Source: Alphaproteobacteria bacterium
Lineage (GTDB): Bacteria; Pseudomonadota; Alphaproteobacteria; Bin95
Direction: 5' to 3'
Length of the DNA stretch: 64,000 nt
Assembly: GCA_963665325.3 (NCBI GenBank)
Contig: CAXXWS020000003.1
Span: forward strand, 992,001 to 1,056,000
A model generated the notes under the pieces. That model was not told where the DNA came from, ran no database searches, and saw only the letters and a list, made by a program, of their open reading frames with translations. A program made the translations under genes and the position numbers. The stretch's first letter is position 1. Every line of letters begins with the position of its first letter. Positions 51,519 through 61,510 of this stretch are shown here, piece after piece.

Positions 51519-51687
51519 GCGGTCATTACCCTCTGCCGGGTTTCCGGTCACCCGGCATCGCGAAACAAGGGGGCCTGCAGCAGGTCTCGACGACCGGTCT
51601 CAGCCGACTGGTCGGGCCGGATGTTAATGCATTCGCCGTTCCCCGGCCAAGCCGCGAGGCGGGACGAAGGAACCGGCCGATACGGCG

Positions 51688-52527
51688 TCAGCTTTCGAAG
51701 ACGACGAAGGCCCTGAGTTCGATGCTCTCGCGCGGCGGCGCGGCGGGGTCCTGGTCCGGCAGGGCGAAGGCGCCGTGCGGCGTGTAGCGGGCGCGGCCGT
51801 CGTCCAGGCTGTCCCAGCCCTTGATGAGCAGCACCTCGTCGCGCTCCATGCGCGGCGCCCAGTACCAGCGATGCGCCGGCGAGTAGGCAAGCTGGTAGAT
51901 TTCGCCCACCCGGTCGGGGAACACCTGGTCGGTGGCCAGAAGGTCCTCCTTCGGGATGCTGCCGGCATCGGCCAGCGCGAGCGGCGAGCGCTCGACCGGC
52001 CCCCGGATCGGCCGCCAGACATTGATCTGCACGATCCGCCCGCCGGCGCCGAGCACACGGTCCACCGTCTCGTCGCCGAGTTCGTCGCGGGCGCGTTTGG
52101 GACCGGAGTCGTCGGTATAGTCCACATGCACCCGGCTCGCCGGCATGCGCATACCGTCGGGATTGGTAGCGCCCGCGCCGGCATCCGAACGCCGCGTGCG
52201 GTCGAACACGACCGCGATGTCTGCGCCCGTCAGACGTTTCAGGAAGTCCTCGACCTCGCGGTCATAGACATCGCCGACCGCCTTGTCGTCATACAGGTCG
52301 TCCACCGCCGTCTCGTGGCGGTGCAGTTCGAAGCCCGTCGCATCCAGCGAGAGCCGGGCCGCATCGGCGCGCATGTCGTGGATCGACACCGGGCGCTCCT
52401 CGGTCCTGAAGTGGACTTTGGGCACCCCGCCGGTGATCCGCGAACTCTCGAACCACGGCTTGGTGTCCTGGCGGACCGTGAAGGTGAGGTCTGCAACGAC
52501 CCGGGTCGGGCTGTGGGCGTCCGGCAT
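51688..52527 (-). CDS. CmcJ/NvfI-family Fe(II) oxidoreductase
   Basis: HVDYT, NVWRPI, PLALAD, TPHGAF and RESIELR. Confidence 0.85.
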   Translation of the reverse strand: MPDAHSPTRVVADLTFTVRQDTKPWFESSRITGGVPKVHFRTEERPVSIHDMRADAARLSLDATGFELHRHETAVDDLYDDKAVGDVYDREVEDFLKRLTGADIAVVFDRTRRSDAGAGATNPDGMRMPASRVHVDYTDDSGPKRARDELGDETVDRVLGAGGRIVQINVWRPIRGPVERSPLALADAGSIPKEDLLATDQVFPDRVGEIYQLAYSPAHRWYWAPRMERDEVLLIKGWDSLDDGRARYTPHGAFALPDQDPAAPPRESIELRAFVVFES

Positions 52528-52641
52528 GGCGGCACCGAGGCTCCTTTACGTCTTTCGCTCGAGGGGCGACATTCGCCGGATTAGGTGGAACGAAACCGGC
52601 GGGCGGTCAAGGGCGCGGGCCGGAAGGGGGAAGGAGCTTCC

Positions 52642-53370
52642 ATGCGACTCGAAGGCAAGACGGTTCTGGTAACGGCGGCGGGACAGGGCATCGGCCGCGC
52701 CATCGCGCTGGCGGCGGCGACGGAAGGCGCGCGGGTGGTCGCGACCGACATCGCCGCGGATAAGCTGGCGGATCTGGGCGGCGGCATCGAAACGCACCGG
52801 CTCGATGTGACCGACGGCGCGGCGATAACGGCATTCGCAGGGGCGCTCGGGCAGGTGGACGCGCTTTGCAATGTCGCGGGCTTCGTCCATCACGGCACGA
52901 TCCTGGAAGCGACGGAAGCCGAACTCGATTCCGCCTTCGACCTCAATGTAAAGTCGATGTTCCGCACCATCCGGGCCTTCCTGCCCGACATGATGGCGGC
53001 GGGCCGGGGCTCCATCGTCAACATGGCCTCGGTCGCGTCCAACCTGAAAGGCGTGCCCTATCGCGCGGTCTATTCCACCACCAAGGCGGCGGTGATCGGG
53101 CTGACGCGGGCGGTGGCGGCGGATGCCATCTCGACGGGCGTGCGCTGCAATGCAATCGCGCCCGGCACCGTGCAGTCGCCCTCGCTGGACGAGCGCATCG
53201 CGGCCTTCGACGACCCCGTGCAGGCGCGCAGGGACTTTATCGCCCGCCAGCCGCTCGGCCGCCTCGGCACGGCGGAGGAGATCGCGGCGCTCGCCGTCCA
53301 CCTCGCCGCCGACGAAAGCGCCTACACCACCGGCGCCGTCTTCATCGCCGACGGCGGGATCACGCTGTAG
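52642..53370 (+). CDS. Short-chain dehydrogenase (BDH2 / keto-deoxy-fuconate dehydrogenase-like)
   Basis: TAAGQGIG, YSTTK and PGTVQSPSL. Confidence 0.9.
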   Translation: MRLEGKTVLVTAAGQGIGRAIALAAATEGARVVATDIAADKLADLGGGIETHRLDVTDGAAITAFAGALGQVDALCNVAGFVHHGTILEATEAELDSAFDLNVKSMFRTIRAFLPDMMAAGRGSIVNMASVASNLKGVPYRAVYSTTKAAVIGLTRAVAADAISTGVRCNAIAPGTVQSPSLDERIAAFDDPVQARRDFIARQPLGRLGTAEEIAALAVHLAADESAYTTGAVFIADGGITL

Positions 53371-53508
53371 GGCAGCGTTTCGCATCGCATGCCCCGTCTG
53401 CTCCGGTGCTGGACTCGGTTCCGGCCGTTACCTACTGTGAATGGCGGCCTGAGCGATGGAGCAAGGGAGCGCTTCGGCGGTCGCCGCTTTACTACGGGAG
53501 GAAGAGAA

Positions 53509-54507
53509 ATGTCTGTGTTCAAGTCACTGACGCTGGGCTGCGCGGCGGTCGCGGCGTCGTTCCTGACGACCGCCGTGATGGCGCCAGCCGGCGCAACGAC
53601 GCTGATCGGCGCGGTGCAGTTCGACGAGAGCCACGCCTTCACCAAGGCGCTGCGCAAATTCGAGCAAGAAGCGTCCGCCTGCTCGAACGGCTCGCTGGAA
53701 TTCGATCTGCACCTGAACTCGGAGCTCGGTCTCGAGAAGGACTATTTCGAGAATATGAGCCAAGGCATCGCGGTAGATTACGCCATCGTCGCGCCGTCGC
53801 ACATGTCGACCTTCAGCGCCAAGGCGCCGCTGATGGATATGCCGTTCCTGTTCCGCGATCTCGACCACTGGAACAAGGTGATGGAGGCCGACGCGCTGGC
53901 GCCATTGGCCGGTGATGTGCTCGAGACGGCAAGTGTGCGGCTGATCGGCTATGCCGGCGGCGGCACCCGGCAGTTGATCGTGAACCGCCCGGTCACGAAC
54001 ATGTCCGAACTCAAGGGCCTGCCGATGCGCGTGATGGGCGCGCCGATCCAGACTCGAATCTTCGAGGCGATCAACGCGCATCCCTCGGTAATCGCCTATG
54101 CCGAGGTCTATAACGCCATCCAGACCGGCGTGATCGACGGCGCCGAGAACGAAGCCGCCGGCATCGAGCAGATGAAGTTCTACGAAGTCGGGCCGCATAT
54201 CTCGCTGACCGCGCACGCGATCACCGTGCGTCCGCTCGCCTTCTCCGATGCGACCTTCCAGCGGCTGAGCGCCGATGAGCAGGCTTGCGTGCTCAAGGCT
54301 GGCAAGATCGCCGGCAAGTATGGCCGCGACATCGAATCGAGCCAGGACAGCGCCAAACTGAAGGCTATGGAGGACGCCGGGCTGCTGAAGACCCATGTCT
54401 TCGCCGAACGCGACATGCTGCTGGAGCTTGCCGGTCCGGTGAAGCGCGCCTATGCCGAGGAACTGGGGGCGGTCGACGTGCTCGAGGCCATCGAGGCAGT
54501 CCAGTAA
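53509..54507 (+). CDS. dctP: TRAP transporter substrate-binding protein
   Basis: Signal peptide; MPFLFRD, LKGLPMRV and QTGVIDGAEN. Confidence 0.92.
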   Translation: MSVFKSLTLGCAAVAASFLTTAVMAPAGATTLIGAVQFDESHAFTKALRKFEQEASACSNGSLEFDLHLNSELGLEKDYFENMSQGIAVDYAIVAPSHMSTFSAKAPLMDMPFLFRDLDHWNKVMEADALAPLAGDVLETASVRLIGYAGGGTRQLIVNRPVTNMSELKGLPMRVMGAPIQTRIFEAINAHPSVIAYAEVYNAIQTGVIDGAENEAAGIEQMKFYEVGPHISLTAHAITVRPLAFSDATFQRLSADEQACVLKAGKIAGKYGRDIESSQDSAKLKAMEDAGLLKTHVFAERDMLLELAGPVKRAYAEELGAVDVLEAIEAVQ

Positions 54508-54520
54508 CGTCGAGCCGAAC

Positions 54521-54542
54521 GGCGGGGCCGTCCGGCCCCGCC
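54521..54542. other. Stem-loop between dctP and dctQ
   Basis: GGCGGGGCCG-TC-CGGCCCCGCC, a perfect 10-bp inverted repeat. Confidence 0.5.
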
Positions 54543-54578
54543 TGTCGGACCCTCCCGACCTGCACCTGAACCCGGGAG

Positions 54579-55079
54579 GTGCGTATGCGCAAATTCCTGG
54601 GCGCTTACTACCGTCTGCTCAGGATTCTGCTGACCGTGCTGATGGCCGTGCTGATCGTGCCGGTCGCGATGCAGATCCTTAGCCGCTACACCGGCATCAT
54701 CCCGCGCTTCATCTGGACCGAGGAGATCGCGCGCTTCTGCTTTGTCTGGATCATCCTGATCGGCGCGATGATCGCGGTGCGCGACGGCACCCATTTCGAT
54801 GTCGATATCCTGCCGCACAGCTCCAACCCGCTGGTCGAGCTGATCATGAAGCTGATCGGCCATACGGCGGTATTCGCCGTCGCCCTGACCTTCATGATCT
54901 ACGGTTACGATTTCGCCATTCTCGGTTCGCGCCAGCACTCGGAAATCGCCGGTCTGCCCATGCTCTCGATCTACATCGCCTGGCCGATCGCCGGCGTGAC
55001 CTGGGCGATGTTCCTGATCGAGAGGATCTGGGACCTCATTCGCGACTACCGCGCCGGGAGCGCCCATGGCGCCGGGTGA
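54579..55079 (+). CDS. dctQ: TRAP small permease
   Basis: Four membrane segments; WTEEIAR and HFDVD. Confidence 0.9.
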   Translation: MRMRKFLGAYYRLLRILLTVLMAVLIVPVAMQILSRYTGIIPRFIWTEEIARFCFVWIILIGAMIAVRDGTHFDVDILPHSSNPLVELIMKLIGHTAVFAVALTFMIYGYDFAILGSRQHSEIAGLPMLSIYIAWPIAGVTWAMFLIERIWDLIRDYRAGSAHGAG

Positions 55080-56370
55080 AGTTGCCGCCATCCTGTTCGG
55101 CGTCTTTGCTGTCCTGGTGATCCTGCGCGTGCCGGTGGCATTCGCGCTGGGGCTCGCGGTCGTGCCGGTCTTCTTCATCGAGGAACGGCTGACCCCGGTG
55201 CTGCTCTTGCGCGAGATGTTCAAGAGCTACAACGCTTTCGTTCTCCTGGCGGTGCCGTTCTTCCTGCTGGCGGCCAACCTGATGAACGCGGCCGGCATCA
55301 CCGACCGGCTGATCCGGCTGGCGCGCGCCATGGTCGGGCATCTGCCGGGCGGGCTCGGCCATGTCAATGTCGTGGTCTCGATGCTCTTTGCCGGCATATC
55401 GGGGTCGTCGACGGCGGATGCGGCGGGGATCGGCTCGCTCTTGATCCCGCAGATGAAGAAGCAGGGCTATGACGCACCCTTCGCGGTGGCGATTACGGCA
55501 TGCTCCTCCGTAATGGGCGTCATCATTCCGCCCTCGATTCTCATGGTCGTCTGGGGCGGGCTGATGTCGGTCTCGATCGGCGGGCTGTTCCTGGCGGGCG
55601 TCGTGCCGGGAGTGCTGATTGCAGGCTCCCAGATGCTGACGGTCTATATCTACGCCAGGCGCCGGGGCTACCCGGTTTACGCCCGTTCCACCCTCATCGA
55701 GCTTATGGTGGCTGCGGGAAGCGCGTCGCTGGCGCTGATGACGCCCCTGATTATCGTCGGCGGAATTGTCGGCGGTTTCTTCACGCCGACCGAGGCCTCC
55801 GTGGTGGCGGTGGTCTATTCGCTGATCCTCGGCACCGTAATTTACCGCTCGGTCGCGCTGCCGGCGCTGCCGGGCATTCTCTATGACAGCGCCCGGTTCG
55901 CTGCGATCTCGCTGTTCTGCATCGGCACCGCCTCGGCATTCGGCTGGTGCCTGGCGTTTTTCAAGATCCCGGCCGCACTTGTCGGTCAGATCGAGGCGAT
56001 GGGGCTCGGGCTGATCGGCACCGGCGTGATGTGCGCGCTTGCTTTCCTGATCATCGGTATGTTCATCGATGCGATCCCGGCGATCATCATCCTGGGCACG
56101 GTGCTGTTCCCGGTGACCCAGCATGTCGGCATGCACCCGATCCACTTCGCGATCATCGGCGTCATCAGCCTGGCCTTCGGGCTCGTCACCCCGCCCTACG
56201 GGCTCTGCCTGCTGATCGCCGCCTCCATCGGGCGGATCCGGGTGATCGATGCGCTCAGGGACGTCGCGATCATCCTGTTACCCATGATCTTCGTGCTCGG
56301 TATCGTGATCGCCCTTCCCGATGCGATCCTGTCCTTGCCGCGCTGGGTTATGCCGAGATTCATCAATTGA
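55066..56370 (+). CDS. dctM: TRAP large permease
   Basis: LAVPFFLLA, GISGSSTAD, IIPPSI and TPPYG. Confidence 0.95.
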   Translation: MAPGEVAAILFGVFAVLVILRVPVAFALGLAVVPVFFIEERLTPVLLLREMFKSYNAFVLLAVPFFLLAANLMNAAGITDRLIRLARAMVGHLPGGLGHVNVVVSMLFAGISGSSTADAAGIGSLLIPQMKKQGYDAPFAVAITACSSVMGVIIPPSILMVVWGGLMSVSIGGLFLAGVVPGVLIAGSQMLTVYIYARRRGYPVYARSTLIELMVAAGSASLALMTPLIIVGGIVGGFFTPTEASVVAVVYSLILGTVIYRSVALPALPGILYDSARFAAISLFCIGTASAFGWCLAFFKIPAALVGQIEAMGLGLIGTGVMCALAFLIIGMFIDAIPAIIILGTVLFPVTQHVGMHPIHFAIIGVISLAFGLVTPPYGLCLLIAASIGRIRVIDALRDVAIILLPMIFVLGIVIALPDAILSLPRWVMPRFIN

Positions 56371-56395
56371 TACGCCACTGAGCAGGGAGCAGATC

Positions 56396-57265
56396 ATGGA
56401 ACGCTACAAGATCGAGCCCCTCGCGGACGGATTCGGGGCCGAGGTCACCGGCCTCGACCTCGCCGCCGAGACCGGCGCGGACGAGATGGCTGCGCTGCGT
56501 CGGCGGTTTCACGACAGCCAGCTCATGGTGATCCGCAACCAGAAAATCGAACCTCGGCGCTTCCTGTGGTTCGCCCGCCATTTCGGACGCCCGCAACCGC
56601 ATATCGCCGCTCACCTGCGCCACAAGGAGGTGCCCGAGATTCTGCGGCTTTCCAACATCTTCGTCGATGACAAGCCGACCGGGATCTTCGACGGCGCCGC
56701 GTTCTGGCATCAGGACATGGCTTATGAGGATGTGGCTTCCAACGCCACGATTGTCCACGCGATCGAGGTGCCGGACCGGGGCGGCGAGACGCTGTTCGCC
56801 GATATGCGGGCGGCCTATGACGCACTTGAGCCCGGGATACGCAAACGCATTGCGGGCTTGGTCGCGTGCCATCGCTACGGCAACCGCGCCGACGAGGACT
56901 ACAACACCCGCACCAAGGCCATGGAATTGACAGCGGAGGAGTAAGAGCAGGTGCGTGACGTTTTTCACCCGCTGGTGCTCACGCATCCGGTTACCGGTCG
57001 TCCCGCACTCTACGGCGCCGCTTCCACGTCGCGGGGTATTCGGGGCCTGGAGGATGCCGAGGCGCGCGCGCTGCTCGATGCGCTCGCCGAACATGCGTCG
57101 CAGGACCGCTTCGTGCACGCCCATCGTTACCGGCCCGGCGATATCGTGCTCTGGGACAATTTCTCACTGATGCATAAAGCCACGCTGATCGACCGCGCGA
57201 GCGGGTCGGGGACGCAGCGCTACCTGCACCGGATCAGTACCAAGGACTTACCGGCGACAGCCTGA
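56396..57265 (+). pseudogene. TauD/TfdA-family dioxygenase with one in-frame stop
   Basis: WHQD, GGETLFAD before TAA at 56942-56944; the same frame continues HPLV..HP.TGR, WDN...HKA..R. Confidence 0.88.
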
Positions 57266-57322
57266 TATTCGGGGCTGGCGTTTCAAGCCCCAGTGAGCGT
57301 CTTCGGCCTTGCGAGTCGCGCC

Positions 57323-58699
57323 CTACAGGTCGCCGTCTGCCTTCATCATGTCGAGGGCGCTGGCGAAGGCTTCCACGGTGGCGTCGATCTCGGCTTCGCC
57401 GTGGGTGGCGGAGATGGTACCGCCGGGCCAGCCGGTGAAATCGACGCCATGCACATTCATCGCGAGGCGCAGCTTGTGCGCCGCGCCCGGCGCATTGCCG
57501 CGGAGCTCCTCGTAGCCACAGGCGAACGGATCGAACGTGTCCGGCGAGACATCCGCCCGCCCGGTGGGGTTGGTGAAGATATGGAAGACCGAGAAGGTGC
57601 CGTAGGCCGCCCACGGAACGCCGGCGGCCCGGATGGCGTCGTTCAGGCCCGCGCGCAGGCGCTCGCCCGTCGCATTGGCGCGCTCGCAGGCGCCGGTCGC
57701 ATCCAGCTTCGTCAGCGCCGCAAGGCCGGCGGCCGCGGCCACCGGATTGGCGTTGTAGGTGCCCTGGTGGCCCACCTTCTCGATGCCCTTCTCGCGGGTG
57801 AGATCGAAATCGAGCCGCTCGAAGAAGTCGGCCCGCCCGACGACCGCCCCGCCCGGCAGGCCGCCCGAGACGATCTTGGCAAAGGCAGTGAGGTCCGGGC
57901 GGATGCCGTAATGGCCTTGCGCGCCGCCGGGGGACACGCGGAAGCCGGTCACCACCTCGTCGAAGATGAGCGCCGTGCCGTTCGCGGCGGTCGCCTCGCG
58001 CAGTCCTTCGAGGAAGGCCGGAGAGGTCGGCACCATGCCGGTAGAGGAGCCGGTCGGCTCCAGGATGGCGGCGGCAATATCTCCGGCGGCGAGCGCCGCC
58101 CGCGCGCCGTCCAGATCCTCCGGATCGACCAGCACCGTGCTCTCGGCAATGCCGGGCACGAGCCCGACGGCCGAGGAGCCGTCGAAATGCGAGTTCTGGC
58201 CGGACGCCATATGGTCGTGCCAGCCGTGAAAGTGGGTGCGCACCCGCAGGATCTTCGCGCGCCCCGACAAGGTCCGCGCAAGGCGAAGCGCGAGCAGCGT
58301 CGCTTCCGTGCCGGAGGAGGTGAAGCGCACTTTCTCCGCCGAGGGAACCAACGACTGGATCTTCTGCGCCCAGCGCAACTCGCCTGTATGGCTCGCGCCG
58401 AAATGCGTGCCGCAGGCGAGCGCGTCGGCGACCGCCGCCACTACATCCGGGTCGTTGTGGCCGAGCAGCAGCGCGCCGTGCCCGCCGAAATAATCGATGT
58501 ATTCATTGCCATCGACATCCCATTTGCGCGGGCCCTGGGCGCGCTCGACATAGATGCCGTAGGGCTCCAGCCGGCGGCTGTCATGGGTGATGCCGGAGGG
58601 AAATGTGCGGCAGGCCTCGTCGAACAGCTTGGCGCTGGTCGGCGTCTTTTGCCTGTAGGCGGCCAGGATGCCGGAATTGCTGAGCGGGGCGTCGGGCAT
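57323..58699 (-). CDS. Class III aminotransferase (glutamate-1-semialdehyde aminomutase-like)
   Basis: DVDGNEYID, SSGTEAT, FDEVVTGFR and AKIVSGGLP. Confidence 0.9.
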   Translation of the reverse strand: MPDAPLSNSGILAAYRQKTPTSAKLFDEACRTFPSGITHDSRRLEPYGIYVERAQGPRKWDVDGNEYIDYFGGHGALLLGHNDPDVVAAVADALACGTHFGASHTGELRWAQKIQSLVPSAEKVRFTSSGTEATLLALRLARTLSGRAKILRVRTHFHGWHDHMASGQNSHFDGSSAVGLVPGIAESTVLVDPEDLDGARAALAAGDIAAAILEPTGSSTGMVPTSPAFLEGLREATAANGTALIFDEVVTGFRVSPGGAQGHYGIRPDLTAFAKIVSGGLPGGAVVGRADFFERLDFDLTREKGIEKVGHQGTYNANPVAAAAGLAALTKLDATGACERANATGERLRAGLNDAIRAAGVPWAAYGTFSVFHIFTNPTGRADVSPDTFDPFACGYEELRGNAPGAAHKLRLAMNVHGVDFTGWPGGTISATHGEAEIDATVEAFASALDMMKADGDL

Positions 58700-58704
58700 G
58701 GCAG

Positions 58705-59745
58705 TCACACTCCGTCGAGTTTGTAGAAGCGCCGCGCAGTGCCGGCGAACAGGTCGGCCTTTTCGCCGTCGGACGCGGCGGCGGCAAGTTTCTTGAAGGC
58801 ATTCCACATTACAGCATAGCTGCAGGACGCCTTGTCCACGGGGAAATTGCTCTCGAACATGCAGCGCGAGGGGCCGAACGCCTCGATGCAGGTGTCGATA
58901 TAGGGCTTCCACACGGCGGCGAGCGTGTCGGAGTCGGGCGCCCGGTCCTGCTTGTGGAAGTCGAACCCGTAGACCTTCATGCCGAGGCCGCCGAGCTTGA
59001 CATGGACGTTTTCGCATGCCGCGATGGCCCGGATGCCGGCCTGCCAGCCGGGGAAAATCTCATCGTGCCGCCCGGCATAGGGGCCGATGCCGAGCGGTCC
59101 GCCGACATGGTTCAGCACAATCCGGGCGTTCGGGAAGGCGCTCGCCAGACCGACGACATCCTCAAGCTGCGTGTGGTAGAGCCACGCCTCGAAGGTGAGG
59201 TCCAGCGCAGCGAGCCTGGCGAAGCCCTCGCGGAAGGCTGCATCGCGGAAGAGCCCCGGCGGCGGGTTGGTGTGGCTGTTGCGCACATCCGGGCTCGGGT
59301 CGTATCCGGCCGCGTGGCGGATGCCGCGGAAGCGCCCGTTGCCGGCGGCGATCTCGGCCTGCAGCACGTCTTCGGCCGCGGCGCCCAGGGTGAGGTCGGC
59401 GAAGCCGACGATGCCGGCGCAGGCCGCCGTTTCTCCATAGCGTCCGGACGCGCTCATCGCGGCCGTCCCGTTGACGAACTCGACCTCTCCTACCGGCGCT
59501 TCGGCCTCGGGGCCTCCGCCCCGGTACATCGCACCGCATTCGATGAAGACCGTCGCGCGGACATTGTGGCCGCTGCCGGTGTCTTCCAGCAGCTCGTGCA
59601 GCAGGTAGCGATGGAAGGGAAAATCCCACAGATGATGGTGCGGATCGACGATCGGCAGGTCCGGCTCCAGAATCTCTTCCTCTGTCGTGGCGAGCCAGGC
59701 GTCGTCAATGGCGGTCATCCGCGACTCGACGGAGTTTGCAGTCAT
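58705..59745 (-). CDS. Amidohydrolase-family protein
   Basis: DPHHHLW, LNHVGGP and FESNFPVDK. Confidence 0.9.
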   Translation of the reverse strand: MTANSVESRMTAIDDAWLATTEEEILEPDLPIVDPHHHLWDFPFHRYLLHELLEDTGSGHNVRATVFIECGAMYRGGGPEAEAPVGEVEFVNGTAAMSASGRYGETAACAGIVGFADLTLGAAAEDVLQAEIAAGNGRFRGIRHAAGYDPSPDVRNSHTNPPPGLFRDAAFREGFARLAALDLTFEAWLYHTQLEDVVGLASAFPNARIVLNHVGGPLGIGPYAGRHDEIFPGWQAGIRAIAACENVHVKLGGLGMKVYGFDFHKQDRAPDSDTLAAVWKPYIDTCIEAFGPSRCMFESNFPVDKASCSYAVMWNAFKKLAAAASDGEKADLFAGTARRFYKLDGV

Positions 59746-60707
59746 TCCAGTCCGATCTCCTCTCTCACCCCCGGCTCCAGCGCCGCATGGAGCTTGACCA
59801 GCCGATCGTAGCACTTGGCCTGGTAGCGGAAATGCGGCTGACGGAAGCGGCGCCCCCCCAGCATGACATCGACATCGCCGGCCGCATTGGCCTTCAGGAA
59901 CGGCCAGTAGACCTCGCGCGCCATCTCCAGCAGCGCGGCGACGGCGGGGCCCGGCTCCTCCCACTCGCCGTCCACGCCGGAAAGGTCGTCCGCACGGCGC
60001 ACCCAGGCGTCGGTGCGCGGCGCGCGGGCGCGCATGACGGCCATCGGCGTCGGATCGATGCCGAGCGTCTTCAACTGGCCGAACAGCGCGAGATCGGCGA
60101 CCGAGGGGCGCGTGCCGAACAGGAACCGCCCGTTGGCGACCGTCGTCTCGAGCGCGTCGAGGATGCGCAGATAACTCGCCTCGAAGAGCGGCGCCGCTTC
60201 CGGCGTGCAGCCGAGAAAGCCCATGCGCTCGACCTGCCGCTCCCGGAAAGGCCGGACGGCCGCGGCGAGTTCGCCGGCGTCGAGGTCGCTGCGGGCGTCG
60301 TCCATCACCCAGAGCGCGGCAAAGTCCGCATCCTCCGAGGCTCCGAAGCGATAGTGGAAGAGGCATTTGGACAGCCATTCGTCGGCCATATCCTCGATCA
60401 GCCAGGCGAGGAAGCGGTCGCGCGAGCGCTCGGGCAGCAGCGAGCGCCCGTCCTCATGCCGGCCTTCCAGCTCTTCCAGTATGGGTGTGCTGTCGGTCCT
60501 GAGCTCGCCGTTCGGGAATTCGAGCACCGGCGTCAATTGCGGGCGGACATGGGCGAGCGGCTCGTACATCTGCACGAAGCGGCAGACCCAGCGACAGGGC
60601 AGCCGGCGGTAGCGCAGCGCCGCCCGGAGCTTGACGGTGTAAGGCGACGCCTCCACGCCGTAGAGGATATAGGGACGCCCGCCCGGCTCGCCGTCCGTTC
60701 CGGTCAA
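59742..60707 (-). CDS. Glutathione S-transferase-family protein
   Basis: SPYTVK, DSTPI, DMADEW and [12 protein letters not shown]. Confidence 0.85.
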   Translation of the reverse strand: MTGTDGEPGGRPYILYGVEASPYTVKLRAALRYRRLPCRWVCRFVQMYEPLAHVRPQLTPVLEFPNGELRTDSTPILEELEGRHEDGRSLLPERSRDRFLAWLIEDMADEWLSKCLFHYRFGASEDADFAALWVMDDARSDLDAGELAAAVRPFRERQVERMGFLGCTPEAAPLFEASYLRILDALETTVANGRFLFGTRPSVADLALFGQLKTLGIDPTPMAVMRARAPRTDAWVRRADDLSGVDGEWEEPGPAVAALLEMAREVYWPFLKANAAGDVDVMLGGRRFRQPHFRYQAKCYDRLVKLHAALEPGVREEIGLE

Positions 60708-61495
60708 TGGGACAGAATCTGGCTAAGGAACAGCCTGGTCCGCTCCGATTGCGGATTGTTGAAGAAGGCTTCCGGCTCGTTCTGCTCCACGATCTGGCCT
60801 TCGTCCATGAATATGATGCGGTGCGCGACCTGACGGGCGAAGCCCATCTCGTGCGAGACGACCAACATGGTCATGCCGCTTTCGGCCAGATCGACCATGA
60901 CGTCGAGCACTTCCTTGATCATTTCCGGGTCGAGGGCCGAGGTCGGCTCGTCGAACAGCATGATGCGCGGCTGCATGCACAGCGAGCGCGCGATCGCCAC
61001 CCTCTGCTGCTGGCCGCCGGAGAGCTGCCCCGGATATTTCAGCGCCTGGTCGCCGATCTTCACCCGTTCCAGGTAGTAGCGCGCCCGTTCCTCGGCTTCC
61101 TTCTTCGGTTCGCGCCGGACCCAGATCGGCGCGAGCGTACAGTTCTCGATCACCGAGAGGTGGGGAAAGAGGTTGAATTGCTGGAAGCACATGCCGACTT
61201 CGGAGCGGATCCGGTCGATGTTCTTGAGGTCGGAAGACAGCTCCGTGCCCTCTACGAAAATCGTGCCCGTCTGGTGGTTCTCCAGCGCGTTGATGCAGCG
61301 GATGAGCGTGGACTTGCCGGACCCGGACGGCCCGCAAACGACGATACGCTCGCCGCGAAAGACGGAAAGATTGATGTCGCGAAGGACATGGAACTCGCCG
61401 AACCACTTGTTCATGCCGGCGATCTCGATGGCGCTCTCTCCCGATGCCGTCGTGGCGCGGCGTGCTTCGTCCTGTTCGGTTGCGGCATCGGTCAT
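60704..61495 (-). CDS. aapP: Amino-acid ABC transporter ATPase
   Basis: [15 protein letters not shown] and DEPTSALD. Confidence 0.93.
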   Translation of the reverse strand: MTDAATEQDEARRATTASGESAIEIAGMNKWFGEFHVLRDINLSVFRGERIVVCGPSGSGKSTLIRCINALENHQTGTIFVEGTELSSDLKNIDRIRSEVGMCFQQFNLFPHLSVIENCTLAPIWVRREPKKEAEERARYYLERVKIGDQALKYPGQLSGGQQQRVAIARSLCMQPRIMLFDEPTSALDPEMIKEVLDVMVDLAESGMTMLVVSHEMGFARQVAHRIIFMDEGQIVEQNEPEAFFNNPQSERTRLFLSQILSH

Positions 61496-61510
61496 GGGCC
61501 CGGCCCTTCC

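Noticed and set aside
56942-56944. Programmed readthrough (Sec/Pyl)
   Set aside because: The codon is TAA, at a non-catalytic position.
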